A stretch of DNA of 56,692 nt from a virus (taxonomy: Duplodnaviria > Caudoviricetes). Of the stretch, positions 27,092 to 36,774 are shown in pieces. How positions within the stretch are numbered: the stretch's first letter is position 1; each line of letters starts with the position of its first letter. A model generated the notes under the pieces. It was not told where the DNA came from, did no database searches, and saw nothing but the letters and a program-made list of their open reading frames with translations. Location of the stretch: positions 1 to 56,692 of the IMG/VR virus record IMGVR_UViG_3300050330_000084; one strand, given 5' to 3'. Position numbers and translations under genes: made by a program.

Positions 27092-27549
27092 TCGTCGATC
27101 TGCCATGTCACGGCCTGCCGCATGGCGCCGGTATCGATCAGCGGATTGCTGGAGCCCTTGAGCGCGATGGTAACCGGGCTGTTCGGCGGCGACGACAGGG
27201 ACGTGATCTCGCCCTGAATATCGCCCCGGGCCATGATGCCGAGCTTCGACAGGGTGGACTCCATCGAGGCGTCGCCGATCAATATCTTCCGGGCAGCCGT
27301 GGCCATTCCGTCACGATACTTACCCCTGTTGTCAGCCATCGCATTTTGCATAAACGGGCGTTCGGGAACTGGGCCGCCCCAGCCGCCACCGGAAGCGCCG
27401 CCGCGCGTCCCGAACTCGTTCCAGACGGCTTTCTCGATATTCGAGGCCGACGCCTTCGACTTCGGAAACCCGACCTTGACCTTGGACGGGCCGGCAATGC
27501 TCTTCGGCAGCACCTTGTGCCGCTTGCGCATGATCTTGGCGAACATCAC
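27088..27549 (-). CDS. Neck/tail completion protein
   Basis: VKVGF, NEFGT, PERPF, PPNSP.TI..KGS..PLIDTG.MR. Confidence 0.8.
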   Translation of the reverse strand: MMFAKIMRKRHKVLPKSIAGPSKVKVGFPKSKASASNIEKAVWNEFGTRGGASGGGWGGPVPERPFMQNAMADNRGKYRDGMATAARKILIGDASMESTLSKLGIMARGDIQGEITSLSSPPNSPVTIALKGSSNPLIDTGAMRQAVTWQIDE

Positions 27550-27929
27550 ACCACCGCCGCGGCCGGGAAATTGCGCCGCATCAACTCCGCGAACCTGCGC
27601 CCATACTCGGAAGCGCCGTAGCCGGAGCGCCCATACTCGGAAGCGCCGTAGCCGGCGAACTCGGTCTCCACGTCCCCGACCTTGCGGCGGCGCACGGGGC
27701 CGGTTGCCGCGCTACCCTGCCCCGACTGCGACCGCCCCGGCTCACCCTCCATCGCGAGCATGTGCGCCGCGAGGTAGAGCGTGGCCGGCTTGCGGTCACG
27801 CTCTATCCACGTCTCGCCGACCTGAGGAACGGCCTCGGCAAGGATCAGGCCCACCAGCGTGTCCGACACGGCGGCGAACTCCGGGAAGCGAGCCTTCAAG
27901 GCTGCGGCATCGGGTGGGGTATAGGGCAT
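27546..27929 (-). CDS. Head-tail connector (DUF4054-like)
   Basis: LKARFPEF, YLAAH, VGDV, YGRRF. Confidence 0.82.
   Translation of the reverse strand: MPYTPPDAAALKARFPEFAAVSDTLVGLILAEAVPQVGETWIERDRKPATLYLAAHMLAMEGEPGRSQSGQGSAATGPVRRRKVGDVETEFAGYGASEYGRSGYGASEYGRRFAELMRRNFPAAAVV
27597..27655. repeat. 30-bp-period tandem duplication inside the connector gene
   Basis: gcgcccatactcggaagcgccgtagccgg twice, encoding GYGASEYGR twice. Confidence 0.9.
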
Positions 27930-27932
27930 AGA

Positions 27933-28283
27933 TCACTCCGCCAGTTTGGCGTCGATTTTCTCGCGCAGCGTAGCGGCATCCCAGCCCATGAAAGGCTGCT
28001 TGCCGAACATCTCCTTGTACTGGTCACGGAGTGACGGCAGATCGCCTTCCTCCGATACAGGCTCAGGAGCCGGCGGGAGCGAGGCTGGTGCAGGTTGGGC
28101 AGGAAGTGCTACCTGCACTTCTTCCTCAGCCTCGATCACCTTGGCCGCCAGCCATGCCCGGACGACGGAATGGCCCTTGATGATCGACCAGCGCTCCACT
28201 TTCGTGGGAACCCCGGGTCGCAATACCGGCCCGCCAACCGGCAGGCCGAGTGGGCTGGTGTGACGGCTCGTGACGATAGCCAT
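27933..28283 (-). CDS. Hypothetical virion-associated protein
   Basis: After capsid gene; C-terminal LRDQYKEMFGKQP..GWDAATLREKI helical module. Confidence 0.65.
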   Translation of the reverse strand: MAIVTSRHTSPLGLPVGGPVLRPGVPTKVERWSIIKGHSVVRAWLAAKVIEAEEEVQVALPAQPAPASLPPAPEPVSEEGDLPSLRDQYKEMFGKQPFMGWDAATLREKIDAKLAE

Positions 28284-28285
28284 GA

Positions 28286-29218
28286 TTAGATCCCGTCGCG
28301 ATACTTGACCTCGGCAGGGCGGCGGATATCGAGGCCACCGAGGCGGAAGACGCCGGGCACGACCCAGCGCAGCGGCCCATCCCGATAGACAGGTAGGAAC
28401 CTGTGCGGCATCGGGATATGCAGCTTGAGCACCTGCGGATCGCGGCGATAGGCGACCATGCGGGCCGTCTGGCCGGCGCCGGCCGTCTCCAGGCCGCGCA
28501 CGCCGCGAATGGTCAACTCGCGGCCGGTCGTCGCCGTATAGGTGTTGTTCCTGCGCAGGAACTCCAGAATGGACGACGTGGTATCGCCCAGCCTGCGCGT
28601 TGCAAGCAGATTGAGCTTGGCGTTGGGAAGCAGGAGCGTATCCGCGATCGACGTGTAGAGGGTAGCTGTGGCCGTGGCCATGATCGCCTCGTTGACGTCG
28701 GCAAGGATGTCGTCCTCGGTGGTGCCGGTGCCTTCCCAGTCACCATTGACCGCGGACGCGGCGGTGACAGCGGAATGGTCGATAAGGCCCTTGAAGTTCT
28801 TGGTCGCATCGCCGCGCAGGGCGACACGATCCACCATTTCCTCGTAAGCGCGCCGCGCCGCCAGGGCGTCATCGGCCTGAAGATTGAGGCCGATCGTCAT
28901 GGCGGCGTTGACCTCTTCCCAGCCCCAGCCGTAGCCGATCGCAGCGGTATAGACCGTGGTCTTGAACTCGGACAGTTCGGTGCCGGCGATCGGGATGTCA
29001 TCCGAATTGCCGTTGATCCAGTCCGCTTTCCCGAACTTGTCCGAGCTGTAGTAGGTCACGGTCTGCGCGAAGGGGTTCGCGGACGTGTCCACCGGAATCA
29101 GGCTCGGATACTGGATGTCGGGATAGACGGTCTCGTTGACCTCGCGCTCGATGTGCGAGGTCTGCGACAGCACAAAGCCGGTCGCGGCCTGGGCGTCGAA
29201 AGTGACGTGCTGGTTCAT
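28286..29218 (-). CDS. Major capsid protein (DUF2184-like)
   Basis: 310 aa; YPSLIPV, DTLLLP, RMVAYRRDP, GGLDIRRP. Confidence 0.88.
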   Translation of the reverse strand: MNQHVTFDAQAATGFVLSQTSHIEREVNETVYPDIQYPSLIPVDTSANPFAQTVTYYSSDKFGKADWINGNSDDIPIAGTELSEFKTTVYTAAIGYGWGWEEVNAAMTIGLNLQADDALAARRAYEEMVDRVALRGDATKNFKGLIDHSAVTAASAVNGDWEGTGTTEDDILADVNEAIMATATATLYTSIADTLLLPNAKLNLLATRRLGDTTSSILEFLRRNNTYTATTGRELTIRGVRGLETAGAGQTARMVAYRRDPQVLKLHIPMPHRFLPVYRDGPLRWVVPGVFRLGGLDIRRPAEVKYRDGI

Positions 29219-29230
29219 GGTCAGGCCTCC

Positions 29231-29710
29231 TTAGCCCAGGCGAAGCTTCGCAAGGCCGGCCCCGGTAGCGGAGCTTTCCCAACGAGCATTCGGGATTGCG
29301 ATGATGCCGGCACCCACACCGGCAGTGCCGAGAACCCCGGTGGCGAGCGTGACGGTCACGTCCTCACCGGCCTTTACGGCGCCGGCAACTTCGACCCAGA
29401 TGACGCCCTTGCGCATGATGCGCGCGGACTCATACTGAGCGAACTTGTTGGGCGTTTCGGGCCGGACGGAGCGCTCGCGGACGGTGATGCCGAGGAACTT
29501 GTAGGCATCCATGTCCGCCGTATCGAGATCGGCGGTGCACTGGCCGTCCTTGGAGCCATCTGCGGCGGCTTCCTGCACCACGACGCCGAAGCCAATGCCT
29601 GCGGCGTCGGCAACGGTGCGCGAGATGAGCGTGGCCGGCTCCTCGTTTGCGATCATACCGGCGCGAGCCGCACCGATGTTTTCGCTGTAACTGGTCTGGA
29701 CTGCGGGCAT
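29231..29710 (-). CDS. Capsid decoration/cement protein
   Basis: VQTSY, IGFG, FLGITVR, RKGVIWV; between protease and capsid. Confidence 0.75.
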   Translation of the reverse strand: MPAVQTSYSENIGAARAGMIANEEPATLISRTVADAAGIGFGVVVQEAAADGSKDGQCTADLDTADMDAYKFLGITVRERSVRPETPNKFAQYESARIMRKGVIWVEVAGAVKAGEDVTVTLATGVLGTAGVGAGIIAIPNARWESSATGAGLAKLRLG

Positions 29711-29713
29711 GGG

Positions 29714-30886
29714 TTAGGCCTCCTTGTGCTTCCACGCATCAGCGAGGCGCTTTTCGTAGGCGGCCTGGCCGTTGTCGTTGGTGAGGGGAGCGCGGTCCTG
29801 CGACTGCAGGGCCTTACGAACCGGATCGGTGTCCTTGCTGAGAGCCTTGAACATGCCGGCGATTTCGTCGTCGGAGGCGTCCTTGACCATCTCGTCACCG
29901 AGGGACTTGGTGACCGCCGCCTTGCGGATTTCCGCGTCGGTGAGGCCATCGGTCTTGATGTCCTTGTCGATCGCCTTCGCCGCGGTGACGAGAGCGGCGC
30001 GGTCGGCCACCATCTTGTCGATGTCGGCCGGCTTCGGAGCCGCATCCTCCAGCTTCTTCTTGTCGGCCTTGAGGGTGCCGATCTGCTCATCCCTCTGGGC
30101 GAGTTCGACATTCTTCGCCTTGATGGCGTCGGCATGGTCCCGCTCAATATCGGCGAGTTTGGCCGCATGGACCTTCTCGGTGTCCACCAGCTTCGCTGCC
30201 GAGGACTCCAGATCCTTGAGCAACTTTTGAATGGCCTGGGCGCCCTGGTCGGTCGTTTGGACCGTCAGTCCGTCCACGACCACAGTCCTGAGTGCATCAC
30301 TCATTGTGATGTTCTCCTTGTCCATGGTTGGGGTGATCGGGGCGGCGCCCCACTTGCCCGCATCGTCACCGATGCGAACCTCGGAGCCGGCACGGCCGCG
30401 CTGCACGATGGCAACGTGGTTCGCCCGGATGTTCTTCTGGATGGCGTCGTAGGCCTCGCCATCGGCGGTCTGACCTGGCTCGAATGTGAGATCGCAGGTG
30501 TAGCCGGCACTGAGCTCGCGCTTGCCCTTCTCGATATCGGCTATAGCCGCCGCGTCGCTCACCATGAGAGGGACACGCACAAAGGAACCGTCGCGGGCGA
30601 TCTCGTCGGCGGTGTTGCCGACCGCGTGCTCTTTCCAGTTGTCGGCGGTGACCGGCTCATCCGGATGGTCGTTCGTCACCGGCCGGTGGGCAAAGCTCGC
30701 TAGCGTGTCGCGGCTGAACACCTCGGTATCGGGCCGATAGACGCGCACCACGGCCATCTCGGGCTTGCCGACCTCATAGCCGGCGTAGATCTGGATGCCA
30801 GTGCGGGCCACGCGGGCGTCGGCGACAAGGTAGCCGTCATCGCGCCGGCGGGTGCCAGCGATGCTCACTGCATCGGTGAATTTCAT
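29714..30886 (-). CDS. Prohead protease/scaffold (DUF2213-like)
   Basis: ARTGIQIY, PVTNDHP, ELSAGY, NHVAIV..GRAG plus coiled-coil C-terminus. Confidence 0.9.
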   Translation of the reverse strand: MKFTDAVSIAGTRRRDDGYLVADARVARTGIQIYAGYEVGKPEMAVVRVYRPDTEVFSRDTLASFAHRPVTNDHPDEPVTADNWKEHAVGNTADEIARDGSFVRVPLMVSDAAAIADIEKGKRELSAGYTCDLTFEPGQTADGEAYDAIQKNIRANHVAIVQRGRAGSEVRIGDDAGKWGAAPITPTMDKENITMSDALRTVVVDGLTVQTTDQGAQAIQKLLKDLESSAAKLVDTEKVHAAKLADIERDHADAIKAKNVELAQRDEQIGTLKADKKKLEDAAPKPADIDKMVADRAALVTAAKAIDKDIKTDGLTDAEIRKAAVTKSLGDEMVKDASDDEIAGMFKALSKDTDPVRKALQSQDRAPLTNDNGQAAYEKRLADAWKHKEA

Positions 30887-30899
30887 GATTCAGGCCCGG

Positions 30900-31037
30900 T
30901 CAGGAAATGGTCACGTTCGAGCGGGTGAACAGCACCGCGATCACGCCGATGATGACCTTGCCAGTGATGGACAAGAGGATCGCCGTGCCGATGAACGTCC
31001 AGAACGACGAAAAGACGAACTGAAGGATGTCGAGCAT
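30900..31037 (-). CDS. 45-aa membrane peptide
   Basis: MLDILQFVFSSFWTFIGTAILL...; TGATG-coupled to the upstream gene. Confidence 0.55.
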   Translation of the reverse strand: MLDILQFVFSSFWTFIGTAILLSITGKVIIGVIAVLFTRSNVTIS

Positions 31038-32227
31038 CACGGCCTCGCCAGCAGCATCACATCGCGGTCGGTCATCTCGATGACGTCGACGATCGGGAAA
31101 TGCGCCTCGACCTGCCGGCGCCACCACTCCCCGTCGCGCACCGTCATGTGGAGCGGCCTGCCCAGCAGCTTGGGCCCCATCTTGTCGGGCCGCGTGGCGA
31201 TGCGAAAATAGGCCGCCCGCTTCGTCAGCATGGCGATGTTGGCAAGCACAACCGGCACCTTCGCCTCCGGAATATGCTCCATCACATCCGTGCAAAAGCC
31301 GTAGTCGGCAGCCTCGACGGCATCCGGTATCTCCCACAGGCACGCTTCAACGAACGGCACATCGGCATGCTCCCGGGCATTCGGCGCGAAGTCGATGGCC
31401 AGCACGCGAAGGCCCCGATCCATGAACCACTTCGCGGCGCGGCAGGGACCGGCGCCGAAGTCGACCAGCGTTTCACCGGGCTTCATGCCGCAGATCAGGT
31501 ACGCGCGCTCGCATTCCAGCATGCCGGGCGACACCTTGCGGTATTCCGGCCTCTGCCAAACGGCGAGGTACTTCGCCCGCTCGGCGAGCGCGATGTCATC
31601 CATGGCAAGCAGTCCCTCGATGTCGGCGAACGGAAAGCACCGCAGTGCCGAACGCTCGTTGGTGTTGAGTACCAGCACGCCGGCCTGCTCCAGATCGGGA
31701 GCAAAACCCTCGAGCACCGGAATGAACTTGTTGCGCCGCTGCCCTTCCAGGGGCGGCAATTTGTGCTTGTCGTGCCAGTTGCCATCTCGCCACTGGTCGG
31801 GCGGCAGGTCGCGCATATCGAAGCCGAGCAGAACTATGACCCTGGCGCCCAGCAGATAGGCGAGGTTGATCGCGCTCGATCCACCGCACCACCCGCCCAG
31901 ACTGTCGGGCCAGTGCGACAGCCGACGCGGGCGGAACGTCATGAACTTCACGTCACAGCCAAGCGGCAGATGCGGCCGCTTCCGGCTGACCTTCCATGTC
32001 CCGGTGTGCAGATGCAGCCGATCATGGTTCCAATCGAGCCACCGGCTATCGGCCCAGAACAGCACGTCGCACCACGGCGCCAGATCGATACCGGCGTTGT
32101 TCACGCCGATCACCTTGCCACGCCCGCGCAGCCGCTCGACATCGAAGCCCTTGAGCGACGGGCCACCGCCGAGGATGAACGCCGCCTGACCGTCCCATTC
32201 ACCGGCGGGGATGGTCCACGGCGTCAC
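31037..32227 (-). CDS. Maf/MptE-like (DUF115-type) domain fused to class I SAM methyltransferase
   Basis: N-half ILGGGPSL, IGVNN, SSAINLAYLLGA..IVLLGFDM; C-half LVDFGAG, LAIDFA, FCTDVMEHIP, HMTV....WW. Confidence 0.8.
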   Translation of the reverse strand: MTPWTIPAGEWDGQAAFILGGGPSLKGFDVERLRGRGKVIGVNNAGIDLAPWCDVLFWADSRWLDWNHDRLHLHTGTWKVSRKRPHLPLGCDVKFMTFRPRRLSHWPDSLGGWCGGSSAINLAYLLGARVIVLLGFDMRDLPPDQWRDGNWHDKHKLPPLEGQRRNKFIPVLEGFAPDLEQAGVLVLNTNERSALRCFPFADIEGLLAMDDIALAERAKYLAVWQRPEYRKVSPGMLECERAYLICGMKPGETLVDFGAGPCRAAKWFMDRGLRVLAIDFAPNAREHADVPFVEACLWEIPDAVEAADYGFCTDVMEHIPEAKVPVVLANIAMLTKRAAYFRIATRPDKMGPKLLGRPLHMTVRDGEWWRRQVEAHFPIVDVIEMTDRDVMLLARP

Positions 32228-32376
32228 TTGCGACGAACTTTCCTCACCAGCGCCCGGCCGGCATCCTCGCTGGCCGTCTTCAGCACGAACCGCGCCGCCT
32301 TCACGGCCTCGGATGCTGACCTCGATGCTACGGCGCGTTTGATCGCCTCCAGGCGCTCTTGACAGCGGCAGGCCAT
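32224..32376 (-). CDS. Small basic protein (50 aa, not in ORF track)
   Basis: MACRCQERLEAIKRAV...; GTGA-coupled to the fusion gene. Confidence 0.45.
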   Translation of the reverse strand: MACRCQERLEAIKRAVASRSASEAVKAARFVLKTASEDAGRALVRKVRRK

Positions 32377-32391
32377 GGGCGTTCATCCTCT

Positions 32392-32628
32392 ATGATGACC
32401 GACGAGCAATATCAGAGCCTGCGACAGCTACTGTTGAACCTTGCCGTGCGCGTTGAGGAGCTGGAGCTTCACCTGAAGCGCCAGGACGATATCGCCACTC
32501 ACCGCCAACACCTGATCTATGAATGGTGCGCGCCGTTCGAATACAAGAACGCTGTCGAGAGCATGGATGTCGCTACATCGATCGACATTCCCGACGATCT
32601 CCGCAAATTCTTCCCCGATCAGAACTGA
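32392..32628 (+). CDS. Hypothetical protein antisense to the head operon
   Basis: 78-aa ORF filling the gap between late genes. Confidence 0.5.
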   Translation: MMTDEQYQSLRQLLLNLAVRVEELELHLKRQDDIATHRQHLIYEWCAPFEYKNAVESMDVATSIDIPDDLRKFFPDQN

Positions 32629-33425
32629 ACGATCCCGATGGCCACGCACCGACACATGATCGGCTGGCCGGGTGGCAACCCTTCCTCCGCGCCCGTCGGC
32701 TTGCCGTACTCGTAGACATTGCCGTCCAGTTCACGGTGCAGCGGGCGGACTCTCTCGTCATGAGCCGTCATCCAGCGATATTGCGTCACCCCAGCCTGCG
32801 TCTGCCGGCGGCGGTTCATGTCGCTGGTCAGTTTTGCTATTTGATCCCTTGCGACGACCTTGGCGCGGCGGTCGGAAAAGCCGAACTGGCGCGTCAATTC
32901 CTTCCGCAAATCCTTCGCCGGCGCGCCGTTGATGACGGCATTCGTCACCGCCGTCTGGATCCGCTTCACGGTGTCGTCACCGATGTTTTTGATCAGGCCG
33001 GCATTTCGAGCCGACGCAGTGTCGAGATACTCGGCAAGGTCTTCCTGCCGCACAACAGCGGATAGATCGACGCCCAGCGCCCGCTTCACCGTCGCCATGA
33101 AGGTTTCGGTATGGCGATTCGCCTCCAATCCGAGAATGCGCCGCACCGTGGCCGTAGCAACGGCGACAAGGCGGTTCTTGATACCTTCCAGTGTCTCGAA
33201 CTCATGCTCGCCCATGTCCCGTGTCATTGCCCTGCTGGCTGCGATCTCCCGTTCCGCCATCGGCACGATATGGGTTCGGACATGCGCCGCCATTTCCCGC
33301 AGCATGACGCGCAGCGCCTTCAGATAGGCCGTCTCGGCTCCAAGGCTGGCCTGAATGGGCGGGAGTGCCTGCGTGCTGCCCTTGCGGCGGTTTGGAGCCA
33401 GTTCAGCGAGGCGGTACCTGATCAC
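32619..33425 (-). CDS. Minor head morphogenesis protein (SPP1 gp7/Mu gpF family)
   Basis: ARDQIAKL, YRWMTAHDERVRPLH, PGQPIMCRC. Confidence 0.9.
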   Translation of the reverse strand: MIRYRLAELAPNRRKGSTQALPPIQASLGAETAYLKALRVMLREMAAHVRTHIVPMAEREIAASRAMTRDMGEHEFETLEGIKNRLVAVATATVRRILGLEANRHTETFMATVKRALGVDLSAVVRQEDLAEYLDTASARNAGLIKNIGDDTVKRIQTAVTNAVINGAPAKDLRKELTRQFGFSDRRAKVVARDQIAKLTSDMNRRRQTQAGVTQYRWMTAHDERVRPLHRELDGNVYEYGKPTGAEEGLPPGQPIMCRCVAIGIVQF

Positions 33426-34794
33426 CGCCCTGCCCCTTCGCCGCGGCCTCCAACCTCAACCGCTCGGCTTCGGCCTCCTGCTCGGCCTCCATCTCGTAAT
33501 CCGGCAGGCCGCCAGCCTCGTCGATTGCCTGCTCAAGGCCGGGCATGATCGAGTTCTCGACCAGCATGTTGGCGCCCGAGTTGGCCAGCGCCTCGGGCGG
33601 GAACAGGCCCGTATCGTTCAAGGTCTTGATCGTCTCGGCATTGGTCTTGCCGATGTCGGCCCGTTCTTTGTCGCTGATCTGCCAAAGCGAGGACCAGATG
33701 TAATGGACCTCAGGCGGCCGGGCGCCGAGCGCGGAACGGATGATTGCCTCATCCATTCGGTACATGGCCGGCGTCATCTCGATTTCCTGCATGGCTGCGA
33801 TGCGATCATAGTAATTTCGCAGGTCTGCCTCGCCCGTCGAGTTCAGCCCACCAGGCGACGTGCCGAGCAGGCGGGTGAGCGGGATATCCGCGGCGCCGGC
33901 CGCAATCTGAAAGAAGCGGTCTATCACTTCCGGCAGGTTTGCGAAGCTCGTCGACTTGCTCTCGTACTCCTCCTCCTTGTCGAGCATAAGCGTGCCGTTC
34001 ACACCCTTACCCACGTTGGCGAGCGTGTACCGATGAAGGATCCTTTGCTCGTATTCCGGATCGCTCAAGCTCGCCATGAAGTCCGGCACACGGATGATGT
34101 CTACCTTGGCCTCAAACACCAGCGAGGCGATGTTGCCTGCCGTGCTGTCGGCATTCTTGATTGCATCAAGGGTGGAGGTCAGGACGCTGTCCCCCCAACC
34201 TTGGTGAATGTTCATTTCCTCATCCGCGGCCGGCGCACCGTGGAAGATTACGAGCCGCGAAGGATGGATGCCAACCGGGCGACCGTCTTTCCCGGCGAGT
34301 GTGAACATTGACGGCTTATCGTAGAATTCCGATTCCGGGTCGCGCTCAACCTCGCCGGCGGACAGTTTCCGCCGCGTGACGACGGTCAGGTACTTGATGC
34401 CACCAGCCTTCACCTTCTCTACGTCTAGAGGCTGGCTGGGGTCAGCATCCCCTGTTCCGATCATGATCGCAGCGCCGCCCCAAAGGCGGGCCTTGGTGCG
34501 CGCGTCCAGCACCTTGCCGCGCACGTTGAGCCGCTTTTCTTCGGCCTCTATCGCCGTGATCTGATCGGCCTGGGCCTGCCAGTTCCGCCACTTCCTACAG
34601 CTATCGAGTGCCGGGATTTCGATGATCTTCCTAGGCAGCCATGACCCGCGATAGGCGTTTAGCAACTGCTGATCGTCGAGAACGATCTGCCCATAGACCG
34701 AATGCGTGGCCTTATCCCGGTCGGTGCCCATGCGGGAGACGAGGTTGGTCAACCCGTCGCCGAATCGGCGGGCGATATCGATCACCGCTCCCAT
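33403..34794 (-). CDS. Portal protein (DUF1073-like)
   Basis: YRGSWLPRKII..PA.D, ARLWGGA, AADIPLTRLLGTSPGGLNSTGE.D..NYYD. Confidence 0.9.
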   Translation of the reverse strand: MGAVIDIARRFGDGLTNLVSRMGTDRDKATHSVYGQIVLDDQQLLNAYRGSWLPRKIIEIPALDSCRKWRNWQAQADQITAIEAEEKRLNVRGKVLDARTKARLWGGAAIMIGTGDADPSQPLDVEKVKAGGIKYLTVVTRRKLSAGEVERDPESEFYDKPSMFTLAGKDGRPVGIHPSRLVIFHGAPAADEEMNIHQGWGDSVLTSTLDAIKNADSTAGNIASLVFEAKVDIIRVPDFMASLSDPEYEQRILHRYTLANVGKGVNGTLMLDKEEEYESKSTSFANLPEVIDRFFQIAAGAADIPLTRLLGTSPGGLNSTGEADLRNYYDRIAAMQEIEMTPAMYRMDEAIIRSALGARPPEVHYIWSSLWQISDKERADIGKTNAETIKTLNDTGLFPPEALANSGANMLVENSIMPGLEQAIDEAGGLPDYEMEAEQEAEAERLRLEAAAKGQGGDQVPPR

Positions 34795-34802
34795 GTCGGC
34801 TC

Positions 34803-36329
34803 CTACAGGTTATCGAGTGTGAAGGTCGACCCAAGCGCCAGCTCGTTCAGCGCGTCGGCGAAGGCGTCGACCTGGTCATCATGCTGCGCATTCGGGAACG
34901 AGCACAGCTCATCGAGGAACACCTCGTTCCATGCTCCCCGCAGCAGCTTCACGTTGCCATTTTCGGCCTGCGCCGATGCTGGCTTCGCGCGGGTTGCCTT
35001 ATCGCCAGTGGGCCGCACCACACTCACGCTGTATCCGGCCAGCAGCTTCACCTTCGTGGCGGCATCGGCCTTGCCTGCGGCGCCCGGGTCCTCGGGCATC
35101 CTGATCCGCACTTCAAGCCCATCCTGGCTCGCGGCGTTCTTCAGGTTCTTCTCGACGTCCGCTGGCGACCAGCGATCGCGCCGAACGTCCTCGACGTAGA
35201 AGACACCGCCGATATGGGCCATCTTCAGCCCGACGGTCCAGTCCGGCTGCTTCCCCGGCTTCTGCTTCGACGCCGCGAAGTCCCAAGCCCTGCATCGCTT
35301 CGCCCCCGCCGGCACAGCGTCGACGATCTCGAAGTCCCCGCGCTGGAACATGCCGCCAGATCGCGGTGTCGGACGCTGCTGATACTGCCCCGAATAGGCG
35401 TAGGAGCCCTTCGCCTTCTTGAGGCGTTCGATCTCCGTCGCCGGGAACCTTTCCGGGAATAGAAGCTCCCCTTCTTCGGTTCTCGGGTCCTCGAAAAACA
35501 GTTCGCCCTTGACGTAGGTGCGGCAGGCGCGTTCCGGATCGAACTCCATCGGCAGGTTGAGGTGGACAAACCCGATATCGAGTTCCAGCGCCACCGCGGC
35601 TACATCCTGTTCATGCAGCCTCTGCATGATGATGACGATGGCCGATGTGGTCACATCGTTCAGGCGGTCGGAAATGCCCTCTCGGAAGATACGGACGGTG
35701 GTTGCACGTTCAGTCTCGCTCTCTGCCGTTTCCGTCGAGTGCGGATCATCTATTTTGACGCGGTCGCCGCGGCCACCCGTCATCGAGCTGAACGGCCGAG
35801 CCTCGCTGAAACCGCTGCCGGTGTTCTCGAACTTGCCCTTCGCGTTCTGATCATCTCGAAGCTTAAGCGGCCAAAGGGTCTGAAACTTCTCGCTTTCGAC
35901 CAGACGGCGAAGCTTGACATTGTCGCGCAGCACGTTTGGCTGGCTGTACGACGTCGCCAGCACCTGGATATCAGGCCGTCCGCAAGGTCCCCACTCCCAG
36001 GCGGTCCAGAAGACCAGGAGGAGAGACTTCATCATCCCGGGCGGCACGGTCATCAGCAGGAACTGGATCAACCCCTCGGTAACGGCCGTCAGATGGCGGC
36101 ACATCGCCAGGAGCGCCCAGCCGAATTTCAGGTCCTTCTTTGGTTCCAGGATAGGCCAGAATTCTTCGATGAACCCAGCGAGCGTCTGACACTTCGCCCT
36201 GATCTTCTCGGCGTCTCGGGCTACCCGCTCCCGTTCGGCCTCAGCTTTCCGCCTCGCCCTCTCCGCCCTGATCTCCGCCAGCGAGGGCAAGCGGACCGAG
36301 GATGTTTTCGAGACGATCGAGTTCATCAT
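34803..36329 (-). CDS. terL: Terminase large subunit
   Basis: PPGMMKS Walker A variant, IDDP, QYQQRP, WDFAAS, HDDQVDA. Confidence 0.93.
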   Translation of the reverse strand: MMNSIVSKTSSVRLPSLAEIRAERARRKAEAERERVARDAEKIRAKCQTLAGFIEEFWPILEPKKDLKFGWALLAMCRHLTAVTEGLIQFLLMTVPPGMMKSLLLVFWTAWEWGPCGRPDIQVLATSYSQPNVLRDNVKLRRLVESEKFQTLWPLKLRDDQNAKGKFENTGSGFSEARPFSSMTGGRGDRVKIDDPHSTETAESETERATTVRIFREGISDRLNDVTTSAIVIIMQRLHEQDVAAVALELDIGFVHLNLPMEFDPERACRTYVKGELFFEDPRTEEGELLFPERFPATEIERLKKAKGSYAYSGQYQQRPTPRSGGMFQRGDFEIVDAVPAGAKRCRAWDFAASKQKPGKQPDWTVGLKMAHIGGVFYVEDVRRDRWSPADVEKNLKNAASQDGLEVRIRMPEDPGAAGKADAATKVKLLAGYSVSVVRPTGDKATRAKPASAQAENGNVKLLRGAWNEVFLDELCSFPNAQHDDQVDAFADALNELALGSTFTLDNL

Positions 36330-36609
36330 CGCTCAGCTTGGACAGGTCATAGGTGCCGATATTGCCGGAGTGCTCCACCGCCTGCCGAGGCTTGCCATAC
36401 GCGCGGTCAAGCAAGGCGTTGGCCGCCGCGACTCGGGCGCTTTCGCTCTCACCCTTCTTGGCAACATCGACGAGCACTTGCAGCGCCGTAGCGGTGTGTT
36501 TCTGCGCGAGTTCCGAAAGCGTGGCTTTCGCCTGCTTCGTGGCCCGCGACCGCGCTCCTGATGGCCTTCCAGCGCCGGGGCGTGGGCCTCCGCGCGATTT
36601 GCCTGCCAT
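36241..36609 (-). CDS. terS: Terminase small subunit
   Basis: RGGPRPGAGRP, LLDRAYGKP, DLSKLSDDEL; directly upstream of terL. Confidence 0.78.
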   Translation of the reverse strand: MAGKSRGGPRPGAGRPSGARSRATKQAKATLSELAQKHTATALQVLVDVAKKGESESARVAAANALLDRAYGKPRQAVEHSGNIGTYDLSKLSDDELDRLENILGPLALAGGDQGGEGEAES

Positions 36610-36676
36610 GGTTTGATTTCCGTTTGATTTCCGGCGGCGAATTCAAAGCCTCGTCCGCCCGCCGTTCCTGATAGGG

Positions 36677-36774
36677 TGCGAGGCGGCAGACTGCGGCAGG
36701 ATTTGAACCTGCATATGCCGCTCACCTTGGCGAGCGCTGCGTCTACCAGTTCCGCTACGCTTCACCGCCTCGCA
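36677..36774 (-). ncRNA. tRNA-like element (pseudo-tRNA) enclosed in a long stem
   Basis: Minus strand has D-arm-like TAGCGGAACTGGTAGACGC and perfect T-arm GCAGG-TTCAAAT-CCTGC, but an aberrant anticodon loop, broken acceptor stem and no CCA. Confidence 0.6.

Noticed and set aside
28403-30703. Long antisense ORFs (28403-30703, 11744-13105, 17866-19353, 40918-42723, 48358-49959)
   Set aside because: Shadow frames of well-supported genes on the opposite strand, expected in high-GC DNA
33403-34794. Anti-CBASS Acb1 function for the DUF1073-like gene
   Set aside because: Position and motifs are those of a portal; no appended 2H-phosphoesterase domain with paired HxT motifs is visible
36689-36764. 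Functional tRNA or attachment site
   Set aside because: Acceptor stem mismatched, anticodon loop abnormal, no CCA, no integrase nearby and no second copy seen
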